Positions 33,106 to 33,689 of a stretch of 33,689 nucleotides of DNA are shown here, piece after piece. The stretch lies in IMG/VR virus record IMGVR_UViG_3300035187_003302, positions 1 to 33,689 of that record; one strand, written 5' to 3'. Made by a program: the position numbers and the translations under genes. Numbering within the stretch: the first letter of the stretch is position 1; every line of letters starts with the position of its first letter. The notes under the pieces are model-generated. The model saw only the letters and a list, made by a program, of their open reading frames with translations. It had not been told where the DNA came from and ran no database searches. The stretch is from a virus. Its lineage: Duplodnaviria > Caudoviricetes.

Positions 33106-33510
33106 ATGACCGCCACCATCACCGACGCCTACTATCTCCGCTGCGACGCTTCCAACGTGCCCGATAACGTCAGGTTTGACGTTCCCCGCCGCTTCCAGGG
33201 GCATATTGTCGAGTATGCGTTCGCTGACGCGACCCCGGGCCGCGGGGAGGGCGACGTGGGGTCAGTCTGGAAGATGGCCACCGACCGCTCGGACCAGTCC
33301 GTTTGGTTCGCACAGCGCCACATCGAGCTTCGGACGGCGCGCGCGGTTCGCACCTTCGGCGATGGCTCGAACTGCCGCCGCTTCCGCGTGGCCCTCGGGA
33401 CGGGCACCGTCCAAGCGTGGGACGTGGTGGCCGACCATTGGACCACCTGCCACAGCCTGACGGCCCGTCAGATTGCCGCCCTGCGGGCCGCCGCTCGGGA
33501 TGCCGCATGA
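33106..33510 (+). CDS. Early hypothetical protein (cassette allele B, gene 2, 134 aa)
   Basis: AACAGGAGCAAGCCATG start box; stop overlaps the yqaJ ATG. Confidence 0.7.
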   Translation: MTATITDAYYLRCDASNVPDNVRFDVPRRFQGHIVEYAFADATPGRGEGDVGSVWKMATDRSDQSVWFAQRHIELRTARAVRTFGDGSNCRRFRVALGTGTVQAWDVVADHWTTCHSLTARQIAALRAAARDAA

Positions 33511-33689
33511 GCCTTCGCATCTACCAGACCCGCGCCGAATGGATGGCCGACCGCCGCAGCGGCGCCCCCGCCTTCGAGGTGGGCGCATCGGACGCGGCGG
33601 GCTTGGTTGGCCTCTCCCCGTGGGCGTCCCCGTGGGATTCGTGGACCTCCGGCGCCGTCGGTGGGGGCAACCCGCCGGCAGAGGCCGAC
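33507..33689 (+). CDS. Second allele of the YqaJ-like exonuclease 5' end (truncated by window)
   Basis: Matches 365-547 except clustered changes at 33543-33545 (A to M) and 33602-33606 (LL to LV). Confidence 0.9.
   Translation, partial: MSLRIYQTRAEWMADRRSGAPAFEVGASDAAGLVGLSPWASPWDSWTSGAVGGGNPPAEAD

Overview
The window is a complete genome (slightly more than one unit length) of a very GC-rich (about 70% or more by eye) tailed phage with siphovirus-type organisation, about 32.7-33.1 kb per circle. The plus strand carries an early cassette, YqaJ-like exonuclease, RecT-like annealase, portal, prohead protease, major capsid, a fibre-like protein, an M15 peptidase endolysin, connector, tail tube, tape measure and tail-tip genes. 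The minus strand carries a C5 methylase, primase, DUF927-type helicase, small early genes, a RuvC-like resolvase and a MazG-like protein. A putative origin (27830-28280) is followed on the plus strand by HTH genes, an adenine methylase and the large terminase. I saw no integrase, tail sheath, tRNA, CRISPR array or reverse transcriptase. Main points of interest: (1) the two ends overlap but carry two different early-gene cassettes between the same promoter and the same yqaJ start; (2) the C5 methylase has its missing motif IX in an overlapping frame with its own SD; (3) the Dam-like methylase has permuted motifs and two tandem variable modules bounded by in-frame DNA repeats; (4) there is a promoter-hairpin-terminator small RNA candidate antisense in the structural region; (5) promoter duplications flank accessory modules, many genes look leaderless, and restriction-type sites appear strongly avoided. 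All family assignments come from motif recognition by eye; no searches were run.
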